64,000 nucleotides of DNA from Alphaproteobacteria bacterium (lineage in GTDB: Bacteria > Pseudomonadota > Alphaproteobacteria > UBA2966): contig OZ219856.1 in NCBI GenBank assembly GCA_964291395.2, positions 864,001-928,000 of the forward strand. Direction: 5' to 3'. This document shows, in pieces, positions 20,192-30,228 of the stretch (its first letter is position 1; every line of letters begins with the position of its first letter). The notes below the pieces were generated by a model. The model saw only the letters and a program-made list of their open reading frames with translations. It ran no database searches and had not been told where the DNA came from. Both the position numbers and the translations under genes were made by a program.

Positions 20192-20213
20192 TTAACATGT
20201 ATATGCACGTTAA
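20192..20213. promoter_or_regulatory. Imperfect 22-bp palindrome in a divergent intergenic region (candidate operator)
   Basis: TTAACATGTATATGCACGTTAA matches its own reverse complement at 18 of 22 positions and forms an AT-rich island between divergent genes. Confidence 0.5.
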
Positions 20214-20369
20214 TTTTCTATCCTCCGTTGACCCCGCGTAGCAAGTCGATATCATGCCTTCAAAAGCGTGTCGGTGACTGGGACGGAGTCAACCTCGCTC
20301 GGCTGCTTCCGATGGTCTCGGAATGGGTCACGCGAGATCGAGATTGCGGGAAGGCGACGGTAACGAACG

Positions 20370-22430
20370 ATGGCTTGCCGACTGGGAATCGACGTTGGCG
20401 GGACGTTTACTGATCTCCTTCTGTTCGATGGCGGAACTGGCGAGATCCACCTACTGAAAACGCCGTCGACTCCGCAGGATCAATCTGTCGGCATTCTCAC
20501 GGGCGTTCGGGATCTCATTTCCCAGACCAAAGTGCGGCCTGCCGACATCCAGGGACTTCTCCATGGCACGACGGTATCGACCAACATCGTGCTGGAGGAA
20601 AAAGGAGCCAAGGTTGGCCTCCTGGTGACGGAGAACTTCGAACAGATACTTCATCTGGCGCGCTCTCAGACTCCCGGACCCCTCGCCGGTTGGATCGTCA
20701 TGCAAAAGCCGGATCCCTTGGCCGACCTCGAACTGACGCGGGGGGTCAAGGAGCGCACGAACGCGCGGGGCGACATCGTGACACCGATGGACGAGGCGCA
20801 CGCCCGAACCCTGATCCAGGAGCTGGTAGACGGCGGCGTCGAGTCGATCACGGTGTCGCTGCTGCATTCTTATGCCAACCCGGCCCACGAACAGCGGTTG
20901 AAGGCGCTCATCCGGGACGTCGCGGGCGACATCCCGGTGTCGCTCTCTTCCGAGATCCTGCCCGAGTTCCGCGAATACGAACGCACGCTCGTCACCGTAA
21001 TGAATGCCTACGTGGGCCCCAGCATGCGCCGCTATCTCAGCCGTTTCGAGGAGAAACTGCGCGGCGTCGAGTTCTCGCCCCATGTCAATATCGTGCGCTC
21101 GGACGGCGGGCTGATGAGTGTCGCCCGTGCTTCCCAGTCTCCGGTGCACACGATGCTGTCCGGACCGGCCGGCGGCGTGTCGGGGGCGGCCTTTCTTGCC
21201 GGCCTCGCGGGCCATCCCAAGGCCCTCGGGTTCGACATGGGCGGGACGTCGACCGACGTCTCTCTGATCCAGGAAGGCAAGCCGACGATCTCGCGCCAGA
21301 CGAGCCTCGGCTACTATCCGATCAAGGTTCCTTCCGTCGAAGTGCACAGCGTCGGTGCCGGTGGGGGATCGATCGCTCACGTGCCGATGACGGGGGCACT
21401 ACGGGTCGGCCCGGAAAGTGCGGGCGCCGTGCCCGGCCCGGCATGCTATGGACGCGGCGGTGACTCCCCGACGGTCACCGACGCCAACGTGGTGCTCGGC
21501 CGCCTGCCTCCTAGCTTGTTGGGGGGCGATATGGCCCTTGACGCCAAGGCGGCCGAGGAGGCGGTCGGGAAGATTGGCCGGGCGCTGGGGCTCGATCTCC
21601 ATCAAGCGGCTCAGGGCATCCTCGACATCGTCAACGAGAACATGTTCGGCGCGTTGCGCTTGGTCACGGTGCAAAAAGGTCTCGATCCCCGTGATTTCGC
21701 GCTGGTGGCCTTCGGCGGCGCCGGTCCGTTGCACGGGAATGCCATGGCCGCGCTCGCCGGTTGCTACCCCGTGATCGTACCCCCAACGCCCGGCGTGCTG
21801 TCCGCGCTCGGCTTCCTGTACTCCGACGTCAAGAACGAATTCGCGCAAACGTTCGTGCGCAATATCGACGATATCGACCCTGGCCAAGTCAACGACATCC
21901 TGACACGGCTGGGGCGCGAGGCCCGGACTTGGCTTCAGGAGGAGGACATCTCGGAGCAGAACCAGGAGCTGCAGTACGAGGCGGACGTGCGTTACTTCCG
22001 CCAGGGCTACGAATTTTCGCTCGAAGTCGACCCGGGATCGTTGATGAACGGGGGCTTGCACGATCTGGAGATGCGCTTCGGAACGGCGCACGAAAGGCTT
22101 TACGGTTTCAAGCTCGAACAGCCCGTGGAGCTTGTTAACTTACGAGCTGTCGGTACGGGCCGGGTGGACAAGGTTGAGTTTCCGGAGTTTCCACTTGAGG
22201 ATCGCGATCCGTCCGCGGCCATTGTCGAGCAGCACAGGGTCTATTTCGGCGGCAATGCCGAGCAGACCGTTATCTATGACCGCAGCAAGCTCCGTGCGGG
22301 CAACCGGATCACGGGTCCCGCCGTCGTGACCCAGAAGGATTCGACCACCATCATTCACCCTGGCCATACCGGGGAGGTCGATCAGTATCTCAACATCCTG
22401 ATTCGCCCTGACGACGACCAATTGCATTGA
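20370..22430 (+). CDS. hyuA: Hydantoinase/oxoprolinase A subunit (ATP-dependent lactamase, caprolactamase CapA/OplA-like)
   Basis: GIDVGGTFTD, HGTTVSTN, LSGPAGG, DMGGTSTD, GAGGGSI, GPESAGA.PGPACY, FGGAGPLH. Confidence 0.92.
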   Translation: MACRLGIDVGGTFTDLLLFDGGTGEIHLLKTPSTPQDQSVGILTGVRDLISQTKVRPADIQGLLHGTTVSTNIVLEEKGAKVGLLVTENFEQILHLARSQTPGPLAGWIVMQKPDPLADLELTRGVKERTNARGDIVTPMDEAHARTLIQELVDGGVESITVSLLHSYANPAHEQRLKALIRDVAGDIPVSLSSEILPEFREYERTLVTVMNAYVGPSMRRYLSRFEEKLRGVEFSPHVNIVRSDGGLMSVARASQSPVHTMLSGPAGGVSGAAFLAGLAGHPKALGFDMGGTSTDVSLIQEGKPTISRQTSLGYYPIKVPSVEVHSVGAGGGSIAHVPMTGALRVGPESAGAVPGPACYGRGGDSPTVTDANVVLGRLPPSLLGGDMALDAKAAEEAVGKIGRALGLDLHQAAQGILDIVNENMFGALRLVTVQKGLDPRDFALVAFGGAGPLHGNAMAALAGCYPVIVPPTPGVLSALGFLYSDVKNEFAQTFVRNIDDIDPGQVNDILTRLGREARTWLQEEDISEQNQELQYEADVRYFRQGYEFSLEVDPGSLMNGGLHDLEMRFGTAHERLYGFKLEQPVELVNLRAVGTGRVDKVEFPEFPLEDRDPSAAIVEQHRVYFGGNAEQTVIYDRSKLRAGNRITGPAVVTQKDSTTIIHPGHTGEVDQYLNILIRPDDDQLH

Positions 22431-22443
22431 TGGATCCGAACTC

Positions 22444-24750
22444 ATGACAGACCTCAACCCGCCGAGCAAATCGGTCTCCCTGGATGACCTTCTGAGGGCC
22501 AACAAGGACCAGTTCGACCAGCTCTTCGCCACGCAAGTGAGGGAAGTGGGGCTGGTCGGCGTCAGTCACCGCCCCGCGACAGAGGAGGATCTCATGTCGC
22601 CGAGTATGCGGACGTGGCACGACGGCGACGGCGAAGATGTGACGGCGTTTCTCAACACGCGTTTTGGGTCGGATTGGTCGTCAGAGGTTGTCGAGCACAA
22701 GGTTGAGCGCGGCGCGGTGACCGTTCTTTGCAAACTGACCGTCGACGGTGTCTCGAAGATGCAGTTCGGCTCGGCTCGTGCGAACGGCGACGAAGGCAAG
22801 GCCTTGCGGCACGCGACCAACCAGGCCCTGAAAGCCTGTGCCGCGATGTTTGCTGAAGCGGCTGTGCCCGTGGATCCGCCTGCGGCGCCTGCGCCGGAGG
22901 AACAGCTGGAGCGGCAGGGACGGGAGATGCTCGATGCCCCGGCACCCCGTGCGCCGCACCCGGCGGAGCGTCCCGGCACGCTTGATACGATCACGCTCGA
23001 CCTCATTGAGAACGCTCTCCGCAACGCCCGTCACGAAATGGACGCGGTGCTGTTCCGCTCGGCCATGTCCCCGGTTATCCGGGAACAGCACGATGAATTC
23101 CCGATGATCACAGATGGCAAGGGGCGCATGATCGTGGGGCAGTTCGGCTCCTATATCCCGGAGATGTTGAAGGAGCAGAACTTCCGGCTACTCCCCGGCG
23201 ACGTGATTCTGCAGAGCGATCCGTTCAAGTGCGGCGGCGCCATCAGCCACATCAACGACTGGATGGTGCTGGTGCCGATCTTCTACGAGAACGAAGTCAT
23301 CGGCTTCAGTTCGATGTTCGGGCACATGATGGACGTGGGGGGGCCCGTGCCCGGCAGCATGCCGACGGCGGCGACTTCGGTGTTCGGCGAAGGCCTGCGC
23401 ATTCCACCCATCAAGATCTATGACGGCGGCGCGCTCAATAAGGGTGCGCTCGACCTCATCATGAATAACACCCGCACCCCGGAGATGAACTTCAGCGATC
23501 TCATGGCGATCATCGCGGGCTGCCGGACTGGTGAGAAGCGCGTGATCGAGATCTGCGATCGCTTCGGCAAGGATATCTACCGCCAAGCGTGCGAGGCGTT
23601 GCTGGAGCGCACCAATCGCGCCATGTGCCAGCTGATCGTGCAGAATCTGCCTGAGGAGCCGCAGTCGTTCGAGGATTACGTGGACGATGACGGTCTCGGC
23701 AACGGGCCTTTCAAGCTCAAGCTGACCGTCTGGCGCGAGGGCGAGCACGCCTATTTCGATTGGACGGGCACATCGGCCCAGGCCCCGGGGCCGATCAACT
23801 TCTACCTCCACGAAGGCATGTTCAAGATGTTCATCGGGGTCTACATGATCATGGTGTTCGACCCCCAAATCCTGTTCAACGATGGTTTCTACGACCTGAT
23901 CCACGTGACCCTGCCCAAGGGCTCGCTAGTACATCCCAACTTCCCGGCACCTCTCGGCTGTCGGACCCATGCGCTGTCCCGCCAGTTCGACGTTCTGGGC
24001 GGCGCGCTCAGCAAGAAGGCTCCGGAAATGGCGACCGCTGCGGGCTACGGATCGAGTCCGCATTTCCTGTACTCGGGCACCGACGCAGACGGCCGCCAGT
24101 TCCAGCTCATGGAGATTCTCTACGGCGGTATTCCCGGCCGGCCGGTTGGCGACGGCATGGACGGGCATTCTTGGTGGCCGCTGTTCGAGAACATCCCCAG
24201 CGAATACCTCGAGAGCTACTACCCGATGCTGATCGAGAGCTACGGCAGCATCTCGGATACCGGCGGCGCGGGCCTCCATCGCGGCGGCAACGGTGTGGAG
24301 AAAGTCTACCTGTTGCTCGAAGAGGGAGAGATCTCCATCCACGACGACCGGCATGAATCGCGGCCCTGGGGCATCTTGGGCGGGGCGCCCGGTGTCTGCT
24401 CGGAGAAGTGGTTGGTACGCAAGGACGGGACGCGCGAGCCGCTCCCTTCCAAGATCGACAATGTGAAGGTGCGAAACGGAGACCGCATCGTCTTCCGTAC
24501 GGCGGGCGGCGGTGGATGGGGGGATGCGCTCGAGCGTGAATCCGTGAAGGTCCGTAACGATGTCGCGCGCGGTCTGTTGTCGCGCGAGGCGGCGCGGGAG
24601 AGCTACGGCGTTGTCATCTCAGAGAGCTTCGATGTCGACGAGACGGCGACGCGGGATTTGCGTGAAACCATGCGGGCTGGACGGCCGCCGTTGCCCTTGT
24701 TCGATTTTGGCAGGCAACCGACGTGGGGCGGAACCACCGCTTCTGCGTAG
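22444..24750 (+). CDS. hyuB: Hydantoinase/oxoprolinase B subunit (CapB-like) with a ~180-aa N-terminal extension containing a Rad52-like domain
   Basis: Catalytic part begins at LDLIENALRNAR.EM...SPVIREQHD, then DPF.CGG.ISH.ND, GHMMDVGG, EGLRIPP, TAGGGGWGD. The extension contains FLNTRFGSDWS...VLCKLTVDG...ALKACAAMF. Confidence 0.92.
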   Translation: MTDLNPPSKSVSLDDLLRANKDQFDQLFATQVREVGLVGVSHRPATEEDLMSPSMRTWHDGDGEDVTAFLNTRFGSDWSSEVVEHKVERGAVTVLCKLTVDGVSKMQFGSARANGDEGKALRHATNQALKACAAMFAEAAVPVDPPAAPAPEEQLERQGREMLDAPAPRAPHPAERPGTLDTITLDLIENALRNARHEMDAVLFRSAMSPVIREQHDEFPMITDGKGRMIVGQFGSYIPEMLKEQNFRLLPGDVILQSDPFKCGGAISHINDWMVLVPIFYENEVIGFSSMFGHMMDVGGPVPGSMPTAATSVFGEGLRIPPIKIYDGGALNKGALDLIMNNTRTPEMNFSDLMAIIAGCRTGEKRVIEICDRFGKDIYRQACEALLERTNRAMCQLIVQNLPEEPQSFEDYVDDDGLGNGPFKLKLTVWREGEHAYFDWTGTSAQAPGPINFYLHEGMFKMFIGVYMIMVFDPQILFNDGFYDLIHVTLPKGSLVHPNFPAPLGCRTHALSRQFDVLGGALSKKAPEMATAAGYGSSPHFLYSGTDADGRQFQLMEILYGGIPGRPVGDGMDGHSWWPLFENIPSEYLESYYPMLIESYGSISDTGGAGLHRGGNGVEKVYLLLEEGEISIHDDRHESRPWGILGGAPGVCSEKWLVRKDGTREPLPSKIDNVKVRNGDRIVFRTAGGGGWGDALERESVKVRNDVARGLLSREAARESYGVVISESFDVDETATRDLRETMRAGRPPLPLFDFGRQPTWGGTTASA

Positions 24751-24857
24751 GGTTTGGATTTGTGACGGATACGTCTTGCACGGTGAGTGGTGTGGCGGGG
24801 AGGATCGGATTCCAAATGCTGCGGCAATAAGGAAAAGCGAAAGAAGGTGCAGGGATA

Positions 24858-27674
24858 ATGCTGGAAATTGGGATTGCGCTGGCCGTCTCGGCGATCGTCG
24901 TTATCGCCATCCTCTACATCATCTCCATCTGGGTTTATAAACGCGCGCCCGCGAACATGGGGTTCATACGAACGGGCTTTCTCGGTACCAAGGTGTGCCT
25001 GGGTCGTGGCGCCATCGTGTTGCCCGTATTCCATGAAGTGAGCTGGATCTCGCTTGAAACGATCAAGCTGATTGTCAGCCGCTCGCGGGAGCAGGCAGTT
25101 CTGACTTCCGACAAGATCCGGGTGGACACCGTCGCCGAACTCTACGCGCACGTCGGTAGGACCGAAGAAAACCTGCTGACCGCGAGCCGCAGCCTGGGTG
25201 ACAAGACCTTCGATGCCGAACAGGTGCGCAACCTGCTCGAGGCGAAAGTCGTCGGCGCCATTCGCAGCTATGCGGCGACAAAGACCCTCAATGAACTGCA
25301 CGAGAATCGGGATGCCTTTGCCCAGCAGATCAAGGAGTCCGTCCTCGACAGCTTCGAGGCCAACGGCCTCGTACTCGAGGAAGTGACCATCGTGACGCTG
25401 GAGCAGTCCGGCAAGGACTACTTCAAGTCCGACAACGTATTCGACGCCGAGGGCCTGAAGATCATCACCGAGATCACGTCCGACGCGCGGCGCAAAGTTC
25501 ATGACACCGAGAAGCGCACCACCGTCGCCATCCGTCAGAAGGACCTCGACACTCAGCTCGAGCTGCTGGAGATCGAACGCGAGGAGGCGTTCGCGCGGGC
25601 CGGTCAGGACAAGGCCGTTGCCAACGAGCAGGCCCTGCAGCTCGGCCAGAAGCAGATCTACATGCTGGATCAGCGCAAGGCGGTCGAGGAGAAGGAAATC
25701 CAAAACGAAGTCGTTCTGGAGCAGCTGCGAACCGACCGTGAGATCGCCATCACCGAGGAAGCGCGCAAGCGCGAAAGCTCGGACATCGAAAAGACCCTGA
25801 AGCTCGAGCAGGAACGTCGTGACAAGGAAATCGCGCTGATCGCCAAGGCGCGGGAGGAGGAACTCACCAAGATCCAGCGCAACCTGGCGCTCGAGAAAGC
25901 GGAGAAAGACCGCGAAATCGAGTTGATCGACAAGGCCAAGGAGCAGGAGCTTGCGGAGATCCGCAGGCGGCTCGCGCAGGAGAGTGCCGACAAGGACCGC
26001 GAGATCGAGCTGACGGCGAAGGAGCGCGAGCGACAGCGGGCCGAGATCGATCGAGCGACGGAGGTCCTGAAAGCCGAGGAGGCGGCCCGGGATGCGCGCC
26101 ACCAAGCCGGGGAGGAAGTCTCGCGCTCCATGCGGCGGCGGGCGCTTGAGACGAGGCTTTCCATTCTCGAGGTTGAGAAGGGCGAAGCCTTCGCCGAGGC
26201 GCAGCAGGAGCGGGAAATCTCCGACGAGCGCGCCCGCGTCCTCAGCGAGAAACAGCGCTTCATTCTCGATCGCCGCCTGGAGGTCGAGCAGGAGGAAATA
26301 GACAAGGAACTCGCCATCGAGAAGGCCCGAATCCAGAAGGAAGCCTCCGTCATCGAGGAGACCAAGCTTCGAGAGGCCGCCGACATCCGCCGTCAGCTTG
26401 CCCGCGAGCAGGAGGAGCGCGACCGCGAGATCGCCCTCGTGGCCAAGGCGGAGGAACTGGAGAGGGCCGAAATCCGCCGCCGGCAGAGCCAGGAGCAGGA
26501 AGATCGGGAGCGTCAGATCGTGCTCGTCGCCAAGGAAGAGGAACTGCGGCGTGCCGAGGTACGGCAAGCCCTTGCCGTCGAGCTCGAAGAGCGTGAGCGG
26601 GAGATTCGGCTCATCGCCAAGGAGCAGGAGCGCGAACGGGCGGACATCCAGCGCTTCCTCGCGCGCGAATTGGAGGAACGCAGCCGCGAGATCGCGTTGA
26701 CGGAGAAGACGAAGGAGCTTGAGGAAGTCGAGGTCCAACGTCTCCAAACGACGGCCGAGAAGGAGCGGGCAGGACACGGTGTGGAATCGGTGCGCATCAT
26801 CGCCGATGCCGAGCGCCAGAAAGAGATCGAGCGCATCGGCGCCGAGCGGGAGGCCGAGGCGCGTCGGATCGAGGAGGAGAACAATGCGCAGATCTCGCGC
26901 ATGCACATGATCACCCAGGCCGAGGCGCGCAAGCTTTCCGCCGAGCAAGAAGCGGAAGCGACTCTGACGCGGGCCCAGGCGGTGAGCGATGCCCAGAAGA
27001 TCACGGCCGAGGGCATCGAACGCGAGGCGGGCGCACGGGGCCGAGCCGAGATGGAGATCGAGTCGCTGCGCGTAGTCAATACGCAGCGCCGCTTCGAGGC
27101 CGAGGCCACGGGTATCGAGGCGAAAGCCGAGGCGCTGGCGAAGTACAACGAGGCGGCCACGTTCCTCGAACTTGCCAGGCTGCACATCGAGGCGGAACGC
27201 GACATCCACATCGACCAGGCCAAGGCCATGGGTAACGCCCTGTCAGGTGCGCAGATCCGCATGTACGGCGGCGGCGACGGTACCGTCGACACGATCCGTG
27301 GGATGTTCACCCAGGGATTCGCGCTCGGCGAGATTCTCGAAGGCGTCGCCCAGTCGCTGCCCGAGGGCCTGCGGGCCCGCTTCGCCGACAACGGCATCCG
27401 CGGTCTGTTCGGCCGGCCTTACCAAGCCGGTCAGTTCCGTGACTCGGTCGAGCTGTTGACGGGTATGGTGCGGTCGACGATGCGCACGCGGCGCGACCGG
27501 GACATCCCGTTCAGCCAGGCTCTCGATCGGCTGGCCGAGTACGCCGGTGATGACGAAGTGCAGGGCCGGGCGGTTGCGTTGCTGCGGGAGGCGAATGAGG
27601 GCGGCGTCTTCGACGACGTGCCGTTCGAGACCGTATGGGCGCTGATGCAGGCTATCGCCACGCCTTCTGACTGA
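24858..27674 (+). CDS. Giant flotillin-like SPFH (band 7) protein with expanded 29-aa-repeat helical stalk
   Basis: N-terminal TM helix, SPFH domain (IRTGFLG.KV...GAIVLPVFHE...TSDKIRVD...NGL.LE.VTI...N.FDAEGL), about 550 aa of E/R/K/A-rich helix, and a flotillin-type C-terminal AEA.GI.AKAEA segment. Confidence 0.88.
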   Translation: MLEIGIALAVSAIVVIAILYIISIWVYKRAPANMGFIRTGFLGTKVCLGRGAIVLPVFHEVSWISLETIKLIVSRSREQAVLTSDKIRVDTVAELYAHVGRTEENLLTASRSLGDKTFDAEQVRNLLEAKVVGAIRSYAATKTLNELHENRDAFAQQIKESVLDSFEANGLVLEEVTIVTLEQSGKDYFKSDNVFDAEGLKIITEITSDARRKVHDTEKRTTVAIRQKDLDTQLELLEIEREEAFARAGQDKAVANEQALQLGQKQIYMLDQRKAVEEKEIQNEVVLEQLRTDREIAITEEARKRESSDIEKTLKLEQERRDKEIALIAKAREEELTKIQRNLALEKAEKDREIELIDKAKEQELAEIRRRLAQESADKDREIELTAKERERQRAEIDRATEVLKAEEAARDARHQAGEEVSRSMRRRALETRLSILEVEKGEAFAEAQQEREISDERARVLSEKQRFILDRRLEVEQEEIDKELAIEKARIQKEASVIEETKLREAADIRRQLAREQEERDREIALVAKAEELERAEIRRRQSQEQEDRERQIVLVAKEEELRRAEVRQALAVELEEREREIRLIAKEQERERADIQRFLARELEERSREIALTEKTKELEEVEVQRLQTTAEKERAGHGVESVRIIADAERQKEIERIGAEREAEARRIEEENNAQISRMHMITQAEARKLSAEQEAEATLTRAQAVSDAQKITAEGIEREAGARGRAEMEIESLRVVNTQRRFEAEATGIEAKAEALAKYNEAATFLELARLHIEAERDIHIDQAKAMGNALSGAQIRMYGGGDGTVDTIRGMFTQGFALGEILEGVAQSLPEGLRARFADNGIRGLFGRPYQAGQFRDSVELLTGMVRSTMRTRRDRDIPFSQALDRLAEYAGDDEVQGRAVALLREANEGGVFDDVPFETVWALMQAIATPSD

Positions 27675-27691
27675 TGTGATACGAGGCGCCG

Positions 27692-28810
27692 ATGGCGGAG
27701 CACGACGTCGTCCTTGAACACGTCGACAAGACCTTTCCCGGCGGTGTCCGGGCGGTCATCGACTTCAACGCCGAGATTGAGCATGGCGAATTCGTTGCCA
27801 TGCTGGGGCCGAGCGGCTGCGGCAAGACCACGACCCTGCGCATGATCGGCGGGCTCGAGGAGGCGACCTCGGGGAAGATCTATATCGCCGGGCAGGACGT
27901 CACCGACCTGCCGCCGTCGCATCGGGACACCGCGATGATGTTCCAGAGCTTCGCGCTCTTTCCTCACCGGACCGTTCTCCAGAATGTTGAGTTCAGCCTG
28001 AAAATGAAGGGCATGGAAAAGATTGAGCGGGCGCGCCGCGTCTGGGAAATGGTCGAAATGGTCGGACTCGGGGAACTCGCCCATCGCCGGCCGCACGACC
28101 TCAGCGGCGGACAGCAGCAGCGTGTGGCACTCGCCCGGGCGCTGATTGGGCGGCCGACGGTGTTGCTGCTCGACGAGCCCTTGGGCGCGCTCGACTTCAA
28201 TCTGCGTCAGGCCATGATGGTGGAGCTCAAGAAGATCCAGCGCGAGCTCGGCATCACCTTCATCATGGTCACGCACTCCCAGCAGGAAGCGCTGTCGATG
28301 GCCGACAAGGTCATCGTCATGAGCGACGCGGTGATCCAGCAGATCGGCACGTCCCGGGAAATCCACGAGCATCCACGCACCAAGTTCGTAGCCGAGTTCA
28401 TCGGCAACAACAATCTGCTTAAAGGCACGATCAAGTCGCGCAGCGGCTCGATGGTGTTTGTGGAGTCGGAGGACAATCTCTTCTACGTGCGCATTCCCGA
28501 AACCATGCCGCACGTGGAGATCGGCAAGGAGACCTATTTCTCGGTTCGTGCCGATCTCATGCACACCGGAGATCACCCGGATATGGCCAACCGGGTCGAA
28601 GGGTCCTACGTGACTACGGAGTTCATGGGTTCCCTTGAGACCGATGTGTTCGAGGTGGGGTCGAACACTATCGTGCATGTGGAGCAGCACCGCAGCGTCG
28701 CGGACCATGTTTACCAGATGGGTGAAAAGGAGACGATCTGCTGGCCAGCGGACGCCGGCGTGCTATTGGAAACCGTGACCGGCGTGGCGGAGCGGGCGGA
28801 GGCGGAGTAG
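27692..28810 (+). CDS. ABC transporter ATP-binding subunit (PotA-like)
   Basis: GPSGCGKTT, FQSFALFPH, LSGGQQQRVALARAL, LLLDEP, and a C-terminal TOBE-like region. Confidence 0.93.
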   Translation: MAEHDVVLEHVDKTFPGGVRAVIDFNAEIEHGEFVAMLGPSGCGKTTTLRMIGGLEEATSGKIYIAGQDVTDLPPSHRDTAMMFQSFALFPHRTVLQNVEFSLKMKGMEKIERARRVWEMVEMVGLGELAHRRPHDLSGGQQQRVALARALIGRPTVLLLDEPLGALDFNLRQAMMVELKKIQRELGITFIMVTHSQQEALSMADKVIVMSDAVIQQIGTSREIHEHPRTKFVAEFIGNNNLLKGTIKSRSGSMVFVESEDNLFYVRIPETMPHVEIGKETYFSVRADLMHTGDHPDMANRVEGSYVTTEFMGSLETDVFEVGSNTIVHVEQHRSVADHVYQMGEKETICWPADAGVLLETVTGVAERAEAE

Positions 28811-28910
28811 AGGATTGGCAGCGAGGCTTCGCGGTAATATACCGGGATAATGAGTCTGTGGTATTGGTTCAAATCCAACGGTGGAATTCCAAGGCCAGGG
28901 GTGCGACACG

Positions 28911-30188
28911 ATGAATCTTACCGATGCCGACAAGCGGAAGCTCGATGGCGGCGAAGGGCCGGCCGTTCAGCATGCCATGGAGCACTTGCTCAAGATGGGC
29001 GAGGCCTTTGACGCCGAGGAGATGGTGGACCTTCACACGGTGCATGTGTTCTCGGACTACCGCACGGTCGGCGACGGCGGAGTCAACTTCTACGAGAATC
29101 TGGTCGATCTGGGTGGCCACATTTCGCTCCCGTCCTCATGTGAACCCATGTCCATGGATCGTAATCACAATGACCAGTTCGACTGGCCGGAAGGATACGA
29201 GGAAGGTCAGCAGAGGATTGTCGACGCCCTCGCGACGCTCGGCGTTCAGCCCACCTTCTCCTGCACTCACTACCTGAACGCCAACGTACCCAAATTCCAG
29301 TCGAACATGGCCTGGGTCGAGGGCAACGCAACGGGGTTCGCCAATACCGTGATCGGGGCCCGCGGCAACCGGGAGGACGCGGTTACCAGTCCGCTGGCCG
29401 GTATCGCCCGACGCATCCCCAAGTACGGCATGCTGGACCCCAAGAACCGGACCGGTGATTGCCTGGTTGAGATCGATCCGAACCTCATAGAGCGCATCGG
29501 CGGTGACGGGCGGCGCACGGCGGACTACGAGGCGCTCGGCGCTGTCATCGGCGACTTCGCGTACGACCGTATCCCGGTGGTGACGGGCCTGCCCGACTAC
29601 ATGCAGAACGAAGAACTGAAGGCCTTGGTGACCGCTTGTTCGCCGGCCATGACGACGACGTTGATGCTGCTCGTCGGCATCAGCCCGGAGGCGCGAACCC
29701 TTGAAGAGGCGTTTGGCGGCAAGGTACCGAAAGATGTAGACACCATTCAGGTCACCGAAGATGACCTGCGGGAAATGTATGGCCAGCTCGAGCAGACAAC
29801 CAAGGAGGATGTCGACATCGTCATCTCCGGCTGTCCCTTCAAGACCTTGCAGGAGGTCCAAGAGCTGACCGAGCAGCTTGGCGAGCAGAAGGTGGCGGAC
29901 GGCGTCAAGTTCTACATATTCACCGACCGCATCACCTTCAACATGGCGAAGGACATGGGACTGGTGGAGAGGATCGAGGCCGCCGGCGCCCTTCTCACCA
30001 CCGATACCTGTAGCTGGTGCATGCCTGTCGAGACCATGTTCGGCCCCGACAAGGTCATCGCCTCCGACAGCATGAAGATGCGACGCCTGCTGGCCGGCGA
30101 CGGCAAGCCGACGTGGCGCTACGGCACCCTCACCGACGTGGTGGATGCCGCCGTCACGGGTAAGTTCAAGCCGAGCCGTTGGAATTAG
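28911..30188 (+). CDS. Aconitase X large (catalytic) subunit, copy 1
   Basis: LDGGEGPA...GEAFDAE, TFSCTHY, AWVEGNA..FANTVIGARGNRE, GCPF, DTC, DS.KM. Start ATG 28911. Confidence 0.85.
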   Translation: MNLTDADKRKLDGGEGPAVQHAMEHLLKMGEAFDAEEMVDLHTVHVFSDYRTVGDGGVNFYENLVDLGGHISLPSSCEPMSMDRNHNDQFDWPEGYEEGQQRIVDALATLGVQPTFSCTHYLNANVPKFQSNMAWVEGNATGFANTVIGARGNREDAVTSPLAGIARRIPKYGMLDPKNRTGDCLVEIDPNLIERIGGDGRRTADYEALGAVIGDFAYDRIPVVTGLPDYMQNEELKALVTACSPAMTTTLMLLVGISPEARTLEEAFGGKVPKDVDTIQVTEDDLREMYGQLEQTTKEDVDIVISGCPFKTLQEVQELTEQLGEQKVADGVKFYIFTDRITFNMAKDMGLVERIEAAGALLTTDTCSWCMPVETMFGPDKVIASDSMKMRRLLAGDGKPTWRYGTLTDVVDAAVTGKFKPSRWN

Positions 30189-30228
30189 CCCTGGCACGAT
30201 CAAGCCCGGGGAACCGAGGAACTGAATT

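Noticed and set aside
25730-26770. 87-nt periodicity as a CRISPR array or non-coding repeat
   Set aside because: The repeats are in frame, degenerate at the DNA level and conserved at the protein level.
24603-27209. 868-aa antisense ORF opposite the flotillin, and similar long shadow ORFs (e.g. 12385-13839, 42663-44192, 44451-46139, 55874-57334)
   Set aside because: They lie opposite well-supported genes, have no recognisable motifs, and are expected from high-GC codon bias.
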